A stretch of 32,000 nt of DNA. Origin: Methylorubrum extorquens (lineage in GTDB: Bacteria > Pseudomonadota > Alphaproteobacteria > Rhizobiales > Beijerinckiaceae). Made by a program: the position numbers and the translations under genes. Of the stretch, positions 24,900 through 32,000 are shown in pieces. The stretch's first letter is position 1, and every line of letters begins with the position of its first letter. The notes below the pieces were generated by a model. That model searched no databases. It saw only the letters and a list, made by a program, of their open reading frames with translations, and had not been told where the DNA came from. The stretch is taken from the NCBI GenBank assembly GCA_900234795.1, contig LT962688.1:1590001-1622000 (forward strand). Direction: 5' to 3'.

Positions 24900-25013
24900 G
24901 GTGGGCTGACGAGTCTTGACGCTGCGCCCGCGCGGACGGTCCCCCTTCGAGCCACTCAATCCGTAAGCGTCGTCCGGGCACGATCTCGGCGGTGTACGCG
25001 CCTTCTAGAGCCG

Positions 25014-25111
25014 TATCCGACCTGATCGCATCAGGCCGGCGTCTCTCGCTCTCTGTTTCAATGCGCATTCTTTCGGCGAACCGGTCACCACTTCGTCGGA
25101 ATGCGCTCTAG
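25014..25111 (+). repeat. Interspersed structured repeat, family A, copy 3
   Basis: ATCCGACCTGATCGCATCAGGCCGGCGTCTCTCGCTCTCTGTTTCAATGCGCATTCTTTCGGCGAACCGGTCACCACTTCGTCGGAATGCGCTCTAG. Its hairpin arms are GCGCATTC/GAATGCGC, a compensatory pair change relative to GCGCTTTC/GAAAGCGC in copy 1. Confidence 0.85.
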
Positions 25112-25164
25112 GCTGACTTTCTATCAATGGGTGACATGGCTCACGCGTCACAGCGAGGACCCTC

Positions 25165-26616
25165 TCAGCCAGCCATCCGGTGGTCCGCACCGGCTTGATA
25201 GGTCTGGGCCGTTCCCTTCCGTGTGCGCTTGGCGGCGTAGAGCGCCGCATCGGCCTGACGAAGGAGGACGTCGCGGTTCTGCGCGGCCGCGCTCGACCAC
25301 GCGATGCCGATTGTTCCCGTCACACGGGCGATGTGGCCATGTCCGTGCATGACGATCTCAAGTTCGTGCAGGAGGCGCCGCACCTTCCGATCAAGTCCTA
25401 CGCGATCGAGACCGGCCGGCATCACGACTGCGAACTCGTCGCCCCCTAGCCGAGCTGGGAGACAACCGTCATCGCAGAAAGCGCGCAACCGATCGGCGAC
25501 ACCGCGCAAAACCGCGTCGCCTGCTGCATGGCCGAGCACGTCGTTGACGCCTTTGAAGCCGTCGAGGTCGATCAGAAGCACGGCCACGTCGTCGTCCGCA
25601 GCGCGCGCCTCGTGCAGCCGTCCATCGAGAACACGGTGAAATTCGGCCCGGTTGGCCAGCTGGGTCAGGTCGTCGGTGCAAGCGAGGTGGCGCAGGCGCT
25701 GCTCCAAGCCGTGCCGTTCGGTGATGTCTTGGATCAGACCGATGAGGGCAACGGGTTTGCCCTTGGCCAACTCGATCTCGCAGGAGTACCGCACGCGCCG
25801 CGCGTTGCCTTTGGCGGTTATGAAGTCGCCGTCCATCTCGAACGGCTCGCCCGTGTCCAGCGTGCGCCTGACCGCGGCGACGAAGAGGGAGCGATCGGGC
25901 TCGGGGAAATAGTTCATGATCTCGCCGTTCGGCACGCCGGCGCTGACGGGCCGCTCGTGGATGGCGAAGACACCGTCCGACCAGAGGGTGAACTGCTTCT
26001 CGATGTCGTATCGGTACGATCCCATGTCGGCCATGCGCTCCGCCTGCTTGAACTGGCGGCGTTCGCGCTCCAGCCGCTCTACGGCTCGGCGATGCTCTTC
26101 GGCGGCCTTGGCAGCACGGAGAGCGACGGCCCGGGCCTCGATCAAGGCTTCGGCGACGCAGGCCAACTCTTCGAGAACCTCCAAGTCGGTTGAGGTCGGC
26201 TCGCGCGGCCGCTCGTCAAGGACGCAGAGCGTGCCGATCGTAACGTGGCCGCTGTCTGGCCGCCGGACCCGCAACGGGACGCCCGCGTAATAGCGAATAT
26301 ACGGTGAGCCTGTGACAAATGGGCTTTCGGCGAAGCGAGGGTCGAAGCGAGCGTCCGCTACGGTGAGCGGCGCCTCGGTCTCGACCACGACTGGGCAGAA
26401 CGCCTGAGCCCGCGCCGTCTCCGGTGCCAGGGGACCGCAGCGTGCCTTGAACCATTGGCGCTCCGGAGCAATCAGGGTGATCGAAGACATGCCGGTGCCA
26501 AGCATGCGTTGTGCAAGCTTCGCGAGTATATCGAACTCGCGCTCGGGTGGCGTGTCGAGGAGGGCGATCTCGGCCAACGCATTTTGGCGAAGTGCCTCGC
26601 GCTGATTGTCCGACAT
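25165..26616 (-). CDS. GAF-PAS-GGDEF diguanylate cyclase
   Basis: The GAF block is LLDTPPEREFDILAKLAQRMLGTGMSSITLIAPERQWFKARCG...YIRYYAGVPL. A coiled linker follows, then a PAS-like block (GSYRYDIEKQFTLWSDGVFAIHE...IGLIQDITERH). The GGDEF domain has an intact signature (LTQLANRAEF...DLDGFKGVNDVLGHAAGDAVL...ARLGGDEFAVV). ATG 26616 has GGAG 6 nt upstream; an alternative start is 26634. Confidence 0.9.
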   Translation of the reverse strand: MSDNQREALRQNALAEIALLDTPPEREFDILAKLAQRMLGTGMSSITLIAPERQWFKARCGPLAPETARAQAFCPVVVETEAPLTVADARFDPRFAESPFVTGSPYIRYYAGVPLRVRRPDSGHVTIGTLCVLDERPREPTSTDLEVLEELACVAEALIEARAVALRAAKAAEEHRRAVERLERERRQFKQAERMADMGSYRYDIEKQFTLWSDGVFAIHERPVSAGVPNGEIMNYFPEPDRSLFVAAVRRTLDTGEPFEMDGDFITAKGNARRVRYSCEIELAKGKPVALIGLIQDITERHGLEQRLRHLACTDDLTQLANRAEFHRVLDGRLHEARAADDDVAVLLIDLDGFKGVNDVLGHAAGDAVLRGVADRLRAFCDDGCLPARLGGDEFAVVMPAGLDRVGLDRKVRRLLHELEIVMHGHGHIARVTGTIGIAWSSAAAQNRDVLLRQADAALYAAKRTRKGTAQTYQAGADHRMAG

Positions 26617-27060
26617 GTGCCGCTCCACCCCCATCTAGCCTCGCCGAGGCAGAATGCGGTGATCGCTGTACGACGACAGGGTTTAACCACCCGTGACGTT
26701 GCTCAACGTTTCATCGATTCCCGTGGAGCTCCAAATGCGCGATCACCGCGTCGTCGTTGACGCGAAGCGTCCGCTTACGCCTCACGGTGGTGCAGACAGG
26801 CGCCCATTTACTGAGTCTCGTCGTCCGGCTCCGTCTCACCACGTCCCAAGGAGCGGACGTTCACCGCTGCCGCTAAGGATCGAGAGCGGCGTTTCAGCCC
26901 TTGCCGGTCCAAGGTTGGCTCATGGCGCACAGCAGTCGGCGCGTCTCCGATCCGGGATAGCTGTGTCTTCCAGCCTGCCCGAACCTGATCCATAGCAGGA
27001 AGGTGGCGCCGCCCCGCCACGCTTCTGCGTGGGCAACGGGCGGCTGGGTCAATTGATACC

Positions 27061-27942
27061 CTAACCAACTTTGGTCGCCATCGCGATCTGGGCAAGCTCG
27101 GCCATCACGTCGTCCGGCAGCGTCAGGTCGGCAGCGGCCAGGTTCTCGCGCAGGTGCGCAACCGATGAGGTGCCAGGAATCAGCAGAATGTTGGGCGCGC
27201 GGCGAAGCAGCCAGGCAAGCGCTACCTGCATCGGCGTTGCCCCGAGCCGCTCGGCGACCGCGGATAGGGTTGTCGACTGCAGCGGGCTGAAGCCGCCGAG
27301 AGGAAAGAACGGCACGTAGGCCGTGCCGGCCGCCGCGAGTTCCTCGATTAATGCGTCGTCAGCCCGGTGCACGAGGTTGTAGGCATTCTGTACGCAGACG
27401 ATGTCGGTGATGGACCGTCCCTCCGCGACCTGAGCCGCCGTCACGTTGCTGAGCCCGATGTGACGCACAAGGCCCTGACGCTGAAGGTCCGCCAAGATCG
27501 TGAGCGGCGCCTCGATTGAGCCTTCGGCAGGCCCGTGCACGTCGAACATGATGCGCAGGTTCACGACGTCGAGCACGTCCACGCCAAGGTTGCGCAGGTT
27601 GTCGTGGACCGCGTCTGTGAGATCTTCGGCGGAGTAGGCGGGGTTCCAGGAAGCGTCCGCGCCCCGGCTCGCCCCGATCTTGGTGACGATGGTCAGGTCG
27701 TCCGGATAGGGATGAAGCGCCTCCCGAATGAGCTGGTTGGTCACGTGCGGTCCATAAAAGTCACTGGTGTCGATGTGGTTCACGCCACTCGCGATCGCCT
27801 CCCGCAGGACGGTAATGGCTCCCGCCGGGTCTTTCGGTGGGCCGAACACTCCGGGTCCGGCGAGTTGCATCGCCCCGTACCCCAGGCGCTTCACGGTGCG
27901 ATCGCCCAGCGCGCAGGTGCCGGCTGTGTTGAAGTCCCTCAT
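27061..27942 (-). CDS. Aldo/keto reductase
   Basis: Reads MRDFNTAGTCALGDRTVKRLGYGAMQLAGPGVFGPPKDPAGAITVLREAIASGVNHIDTSDFYGPHVTNQLIREAL...IGLSNVTAAQV...IPGTSSVAHLRENL. ATG 27942 has AAGGAGAG 6 nt upstream. The 129-codon N-terminal extension of ORF 27061..28329 overlaps the divergent LysR gene and I reject it. Confidence 0.92.
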   Translation of the reverse strand: MRDFNTAGTCALGDRTVKRLGYGAMQLAGPGVFGPPKDPAGAITVLREAIASGVNHIDTSDFYGPHVTNQLIREALHPYPDDLTIVTKIGASRGADASWNPAYSAEDLTDAVHDNLRNLGVDVLDVVNLRIMFDVHGPAEGSIEAPLTILADLQRQGLVRHIGLSNVTAAQVAEGRSITDIVCVQNAYNLVHRADDALIEELAAAGTAYVPFFPLGGFSPLQSTTLSAVAERLGATPMQVALAWLLRRAPNILLIPGTSSVAHLRENLAAADLTLPDDVMAELAQIAMATKVG

Positions 27943-28036
27943 CAGGTCTCTCCTTTGCGGTGCGTAGGGATTTAGACCCTTCCGCATTGCGCGATAATAC
28001 GGTTTAATCGGCACAGGCTGTGCGAGATTGCGAACA

Positions 28037-28945
28037 ATGGCGATGGATCTCGGCGATCTTGCCGCCTTCGTCTCCGTCGCGGAGGCAGGCGGCTTTCGTG
28101 AAGGCGCCCGCGCGAGCGGCACGAGCGCCTCCGGATTGAGCGAGGCGGTGCGCCGGCTGGAGACGCGCCTCGGCGTCAGGCTGTTCAACCGCACCACGCG
28201 CAGCGTTGCGCCGACCGAGGCCGGCGCGCGTCTCCTTGAGCGTTTGACCCCCGCCTTGGGCGAGGTCGAAGCGGCGCTGGACGTCGTCAACGGCTTTCGC
28301 GACCGACCGGCAGGCACGCTCCGGCTCAACGTGCCGGTCAGCGCGGCGCGCTTGGTGCTGCCCAGGATCGTTCCGCCTTTCCTCGCGGCCTACCCCGATA
28401 TCCGCCTTAACGTGGTCGCCGAGGACAGCTTCGTGGACGTACTGGCTGCAGGGTGTGATGCTGGCATCCGGTACGACGAGCGGCTCGAACAGGACATGAT
28501 CGCCGTCCCAATCGGCCCCCGGCAGCAGCGCTTTGCCACCGCGGCTGCGCCGGCCTACCTTGACCGCCATGGCCACCCGCAACACCCAAGCGAGCTTCTG
28601 GACCACGCTTGCATCGGGGGACGTTTCGCGAGCGGCGCGACGATAGCTTGGGAGTTCGAGCGCCACGGCGAGGTCGTCCGTGTCAATCCAAGCGGCCCGC
28701 TGATCGTGCGTGTCGGAGCCGCGACCGATCTCGCGGTGGACGCGGCGGTCGCAGGTGTTGGCATCATCACGCTGTTCGAGGATTGGCTGCAGCCGCATCT
28801 CGACAGCGGCGCCCTGGAGCCCGTGCTGGAGCCCTGGTGGCAACCGTTTTCGGGGCCCTTCCTCTACTATCCCGGGCGCCGCTATCTCCCGGCGCCCCTG
28901 CGTGCCTTCATCGACTTCATCGGCCGGCCGCACCGGTCGCGCTGA
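28037..28945 (+). CDS. LysR-family transcriptional regulator (divergent from the aldo/keto reductase)
   Basis: Reads MAMDLGDLAAFVSVAEAGGFREGARASGTSASGLSEAVRRLETRLGVRLFNRTTRSVAPTEAG, followed by a LysR-type effector domain. The ORF opens at TTG 28028; ATG codons lie at 28037 and 28043. Confidence 0.93.
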   Translation: MAMDLGDLAAFVSVAEAGGFREGARASGTSASGLSEAVRRLETRLGVRLFNRTTRSVAPTEAGARLLERLTPALGEVEAALDVVNGFRDRPAGTLRLNVPVSAARLVLPRIVPPFLAAYPDIRLNVVAEDSFVDVLAAGCDAGIRYDERLEQDMIAVPIGPRQQRFATAAAPAYLDRHGHPQHPSELLDHACIGGRFASGATIAWEFERHGEVVRVNPSGPLIVRVGAATDLAVDAAVAGVGIITLFEDWLQPHLDSGALEPVLEPWWQPFSGPFLYYPGRRYLPAPLRAFIDFIGRPHRSR

Positions 28946-28984
28946 CGGCTCCCTACGCGTCTCGTCGGCCGGTGCCGAACACCT

Positions 28985-29359
28985 CTAGTGGTGGATAAGA
29001 GCGGCACCGAGGAGGAGCCCAGGCCGCTCTCTGCGCCGGCCGCAAACATCGCACGGGCACCGGTGCCGTGCGCGATCTCGTGACCCTTTGCAGACCGTAA
29101 GCCTGCCAACCCAGATGTCCGCTCCGTAGGAAGAGCCAGACCGGTAAGCGGTCACGACAACTGCCGGTTCGGGCACATTAGCGGCCCTGCATCCATCGAA
29201 CTCAATGCCCGACGCCGTCCCGCAAGGAACACCGTCCGACCCGCCGCTTTGCCATCCGTGCAAGGCGACGCCGCGGACGGTCAAGGTTTGGAGTTCAGGC
29301 AAAATTTCGGCTGACGGCAGGGTGCCGCGTTCGGCCAGGATGTCGGCTATTTCGCGCAT
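28985..29359 (-). CDS. Hypothetical protein (124 aa); the coding status is uncertain
   Basis: ATG ORF reading MREIADILAERGTLPSAEILPELQTLTVRGVALHGWQSGGSDGVPCGTASGIEFDG.. Third-position G/C bias is moderate, the SD is weak, and no family was recognised. Confidence 0.3.
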   Translation of the reverse strand: MREIADILAERGTLPSAEILPELQTLTVRGVALHGWQSGGSDGVPCGTASGIEFDGCRAANVPEPAVVVTAYRSGSSYGADIWVGRLTVCKGSRDRARHRCPCDVCGRRRERPGLLLGAALIHH

Positions 29360-29437
29360 GACGCGGTCTCAGAATTCTTCGGCGTGGAAGCGGTCGAGTT
29401 CGTTCTCGCGGCAGCGCTCGCCCTCCCGAACGAGGCG

Positions 29438-29905
29438 TTAGGCTTCCAACGCCACCTCACCTTCTGGCTCGGCTTGGCAGGCCAGGATGTAGACATCCTC
29501 CCGATCGGCGTCGCTGAGTGCGTCCTGCACGGGCATCCGGACTTTTCCGTTCTTCAGCTTCACCATGCAGGTTCCGCACGTCCCGGAGCGACAGGCGCTG
29601 TCGATGCGGACCTTCGCCTCGTCAGCCACATCGAGCAGCGTCACTCCGTCCCAAGACGTCGAGGTCTTGCCGGTGTCCAGGAACCTCAATTTGCCGGTCC
29701 TTCTGGCCGGGTCGCGCCGGTCCGTTCCGAAGGCCTCGGTCCGTATCTGTCCGTCCGGCACGCCCAAGTCGAGCAGGACTGCCTTGACCGCATCCCTCAT
29801 CGGCGTTGGTCCGCAGATGTGGGCGCCGTGAGCCTCGCTTGCTTCTCTGTTCGAAGTCCAAACCTCCGTTTTTCGTGGAGCCGCCGGCTGGCAGACGAAG
29901 GCCAT
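29438..29905 (-). pseudogene. 5'-truncated oxidoreductase remnant: the end of an FNR-like NAD-binding domain plus a complete plant-type 2Fe-2S ferredoxin domain
   Basis: ..AHICGPTPMRDAVKAVLLDLGVPDGQIRTEAFG matches the C-terminal end of flavodoxin-reductase-type NAD-binding domains. KLRFLDTGKTSTSWDGVTLLDVADEAKVRIDSACRSGTCGTCMVKLKNGKVRMPVQDALSDADREDVYILACQAEP carries the C-x4-C-x2-C...C ferredoxin motif. The ~230 aa FAD/NAD part expected upstream is missing, and the ORF's first codons merely translate the palindrome at 29915-29944. Confidence 0.55.
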
Positions 29906-29914
29906 TGACGATAC

Positions 29915-29944
29915 ATGACGGCCATAATAAATTATGCCCGTCAT
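29915..29944. promoter_or_regulatory. 30-bp near-perfect AT-centred palindrome 36 bp upstream of the RND operon; candidate operator/promoter
   Basis: ATGACGGCCATAAT-AA-ATTATGCCCGTCAT. The arms are 14 nt each with one mismatch. It contains the -10-like hexamer CATAAT and is the only AT-rich patch in this GC-rich region. Confidence 0.45.
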
Positions 29945-29979
29945 TTTAAGCTCTTAATCGGCCACGGGGGGAACGGGCT

Positions 29980-31065
29980 ATGGATGCGAGATGGGTAATC
30001 GGTCTGACCGGTTTGGCCCTTGCGGCCTGCTCGCCGGCCGAGACGGCCGTGAACCCGGAGCCGCCCCTCGTCCAAGTGACCGAGGTCGCCCCAAGCTCCG
30101 GCGTCGTGTCTCGCTACACCGGCGTGATCAGGGCCCGCACCGAGAGCAACCTTGGCTTCCGGGTAGGAGGCAAGATCTTCGAGCGTCTCGTCGATCCGGG
30201 TGACCGCGTGCACCTCGGCCAGCCGTTGATGCGCCTCGACCGGACCGACTTCACCCTCGCCCTCAATGCCGCGCGCGCCTCCGTCGAGGCTGCCCGCGCC
30301 CAGATGATCAAGGCCAAGGCCGACGAGGAGCGTAGCCGTAAGCTCGTGGCCGACGGCTGGACCTCGAAGCAGACCTACGACCAGAACAAGGGTGCGGCCG
30401 ATGCAGCCATCGCCCAGTTCGCCAATGCCGAAGCCCAGGCCGGCCAGATCGAGAACCAAGCAGGTTACGCCGAGCTCAAGGCCGATGCCGACGGCGTGGT
30501 GATGGAGGTTCCCTCCTATCCCGGGGAAGTGGTCGCTGCGGGCCAAACCGTGGTCAGGCTGGCGCGCGACGGGTCTCGGGAGGCGGAGATCTTCTTGCCC
30601 GAGGCAAGCCGTGGTCTGGCCAAGGGCGAAGCCAAGGCAACGCTCTATGCCGAGGGCGAAGCAACCTACCCGGCGCGCTTGCGGGAGTTGTCCGCCATTG
30701 CCGATCCGGCCACTCGAACTTACCGGGCGCGCTACATCCTTTCGGGTGGTGGTGAAGACGCTTCGCTCGGGGCGACCGTCACCCTGCAGCTCAAATCTCC
30801 TGAGGCTGTCCGCACCGCGACGGTCGAGGTGCCCCTCGCCGCCCTGTTCGACCAGGGGCGCGGCACCTCGGTTTGGCGCTATGACGCCGCCAGCGAGACG
30901 GTGAAGCCGCAGGCTGTGCAGGTGGCCCGCATGGGCGAGGAGCGCGCCGAAGTCGCCGCCGGCCTCAATCCGGGCGACCGGATCGTGGCTCTTGGCGCCC
31001 ATCTGCTGAAGGCCGATCAGAAGGTGCGCCGAGCGCCCACCAGCATGACGGGGGTGGTGCGATGA
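29980..31065 (+). CDS. RND efflux periplasmic adaptor (membrane fusion protein), lipoprotein
   Basis: It has a lipobox (LTGLALAAC). It contains VTEVAPSSGVVSRYTGVIRARTESNLGFRVGGKIFERLVDPGDRVHLGQPLMRLDRTDF...coiled region...AELKADADGVVMEVPSYPGEVVAAGQTVVRL. The stop overlaps the next start as ATGA (31062-31065). Confidence 0.93.
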   Translation: MDARWVIGLTGLALAACSPAETAVNPEPPLVQVTEVAPSSGVVSRYTGVIRARTESNLGFRVGGKIFERLVDPGDRVHLGQPLMRLDRTDFTLALNAARASVEAARAQMIKAKADEERSRKLVADGWTSKQTYDQNKGAADAAIAQFANAEAQAGQIENQAGYAELKADADGVVMEVPSYPGEVVAAGQTVVRLARDGSREAEIFLPEASRGLAKGEAKATLYAEGEATYPARLRELSAIADPATRTYRARYILSGGGEDASLGATVTLQLKSPEAVRTATVEVPLAALFDQGRGTSVWRYDAASETVKPQAVQVARMGEERAEVAAGLNPGDRIVALGAHLLKADQKVRRAPTSMTGVVR

Positions 31066-32000
31066 GCGGCTTCAACCTTTCGGCGCTCGCCGTCCGCGAG
31101 CGGGCCGTCACCCTGTTCCTGCTGATCGCGCTGACCGGCGCGGGATTCTTCGCTTTCCAGAAGCTCGGACGGGCCGAGGACCCGGCGTTCACGGTCAAGG
31201 TCATGACGGTCTCGGCCGCCTGGCCCGGCGCCACCGCCGAGGAGATGCAGCGCCAGGTCGCCGACCCCCTGGAGAAGCGCCTGCAGGAACTGGTCTACTA
31301 CGACCGTGCCGAGACCACGGTCCGGCCCGGACTCATGGTGACCAAGGTCATCTTCAAGGACAACATGCCGCCGGCGAAACTTCAGTCGGAGTTCTACCAG
31401 ACCCGCAAGAAGCTTTCCGACCAGGCTTCCAGCCTGCCGCGCGGCGTGCTCGGGCCGCTCTTCAACGACGAGTTCTCGGACATCTACTTCGCCCTCTACG
31501 CCGTGCAGGCCAAGGGCCTGCCGCACCGGCAACTGGTCCTGCGCGCCGAGGACCTGCGCCAGCGCCTGCTACGGGTGCCGGGCGTCGAGAAGATTAATAT
31601 CCTCGGTGAGCAGGCCCAGAAGATCTTCGTCGAGATCTCCTACCAGCGCCTCGCCACCCTCGGGATCAACGGCCAGCAGGTCTTGGCCGCGCTCGCCAAC
31701 CAGAACGACGTGACGCCCGCGGGTTTCGTCGAGGCCGAGGGCCCGCGCGTCTACCTGCGACTGGACGGCGCCATCGACGGGCTCGACGCGATCCGCAACC
31801 TGCCCGTGGCCGCCGGCGACCGCAGCCTCAAGCTCGGCGACATCGCCGAGGTGAAGCGCGGCTACGAGGACCCTCGGACCTTCGAGATCCGCAACGACGG
31901 TGAGCCCGCGCTGATGCTCGGCCTCGTGATGAAGCCCGGCTACAACGGCCTCAAGCTCGGCGAGGCGCTCAACGCAGAAGAGGTGGCGATCCACCACGAG
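31062..32000 (+). CDS. RND efflux permease (AcrB/HAE-type), N-terminal 313 codons; continues beyond the window end
   Basis: Absent from the ORF track because it is open at the window edge. My translation reads MSGFNLSALAVRERAVTLFLLIALTGAGFFAFQKLGRAEDPAFTVKVMTVSAAWPGATAEEMQRQVADPLEKRLQEL...VPGVEKINILGEQAQKIFVEISYQRLATLGI.. This is the typical RND TM1 plus periplasmic porter subdomain start. Confidence 0.9.
   Translation, partial: MSGFNLSALAVRERAVTLFLLIALTGAGFFAFQKLGRAEDPAFTVKVMTVSAAWPGATAEEMQRQVADPLEKRLQELVYYDRAETTVRPGLMVTKVIFKDNMPPAKLQSEFYQTRKKLSDQASSLPRGVLGPLFNDEFSDIYFALYAVQAKGLPHRQLVLRAEDLRQRLLRVPGVEKINILGEQAQKIFVEISYQRLATLGINGQQVLAALANQNDVTPAGFVEAEGPRVYLRLDGAIDGLDAIRNLPVAAGDRSLKLGDIAEVKRGYEDPRTFEIRNDGEPALMLGLVMKPGYNGLKLGEALNAEEVAIHHE

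Noticed and set aside
27943-28329. N-terminal 129-codon extension of the aldo/keto reductase ORF
   Set aside because: The extension overlaps the divergent LysR gene and has no AKR homology. ATG 27942 has a strong AAGGAGAG SD and gives the canonical AKR N-terminus.
29941-31002. 353-aa minus-strand ORF
   Set aside because: It is antisense to the RND adaptor gene, which has an unambiguous lipobox and MFP motifs, and it shows no recognisable motifs of its own.
1-32000. Searched by eye for CRISPR arrays, long tandem repeats, rRNA/tRNA genes, prophage, integrase or defence-type genes (nucleases, ATPases, methyltransferases) and biosynthetic clusters
   Set aside because: None was seen. The only mobile-DNA signals are the IS fragment, the two short repeat families and the truncated or frameshifted genes reported above.

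Overview
This is a high-GC, gene-dense chromosomal segment. By gene content and repeat style it looks alphaproteobacterial (Rhizobiales, Methylobacterium-like); that is inference only. I support about 35 protein-coding loci and saw no rRNA, tRNA or CRISPR.

Gene content:
- Signalling genes: a partial PAS-PAS chemoreceptor-like gene at the left edge, a GAF-XRE one-component regulator, a triple-PAS LuxR regulator, a GAF-GGDEF-EAL gene and a GAF-PAS-GGDEF gene.
- Regulators: two LysR regulators and a ModE-like HTH+PBP regulator.
- Hydrolases: an alpha/beta hydrolase, a secreted Ntn/choloylglycine-type hydrolase and a PHB-depolymerase-family esterase preceded by an RHH protein.
- A five-gene stress-type operon (two YsnF/DUF2382 proteins, a membrane protein, GlsB/YeaQ and a small ORF) with an EcfG-like promoter candidate.
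- An AI-2E-family transporter with a long cytoplasmic tail, an orphan TAXI binding protein with a Sel1-repeat protein, a LysR/aldo-keto reductase pair, and the start of an RND efflux operon (adaptor plus partial pump at the right edge).

Structure not explained by genes:
- Repeat family A is a ~85-100 nt hairpin element present in three same-orientation copies.
- Repeat family B is a ~65 nt element whose two inverted copies bracket the GGDEF-EAL gene.
- There is a 170-bp IS transposase remnant, an 11-bp-phased repeat array at the RHH gene start, and a 30-bp palindrome in front of the RND operon.
- An ~830-bp coding desert carries clustered AG-rich (CU-rich on the other strand) motifs.

Four recognisable genes are interrupted by frameshifts, mostly at homopolymer runs, and a possible fifth is a low-confidence small ORF. 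This may reflect sequence error rather than biology.

I found no convincing novel multi-gene system: nothing defence-like, toxin-like or biosynthetic. The most unusual items are the repeat-bracketed c-di-GMP gene, the structured repeat family with a compensatory base-pair change, and the non-coding desert.
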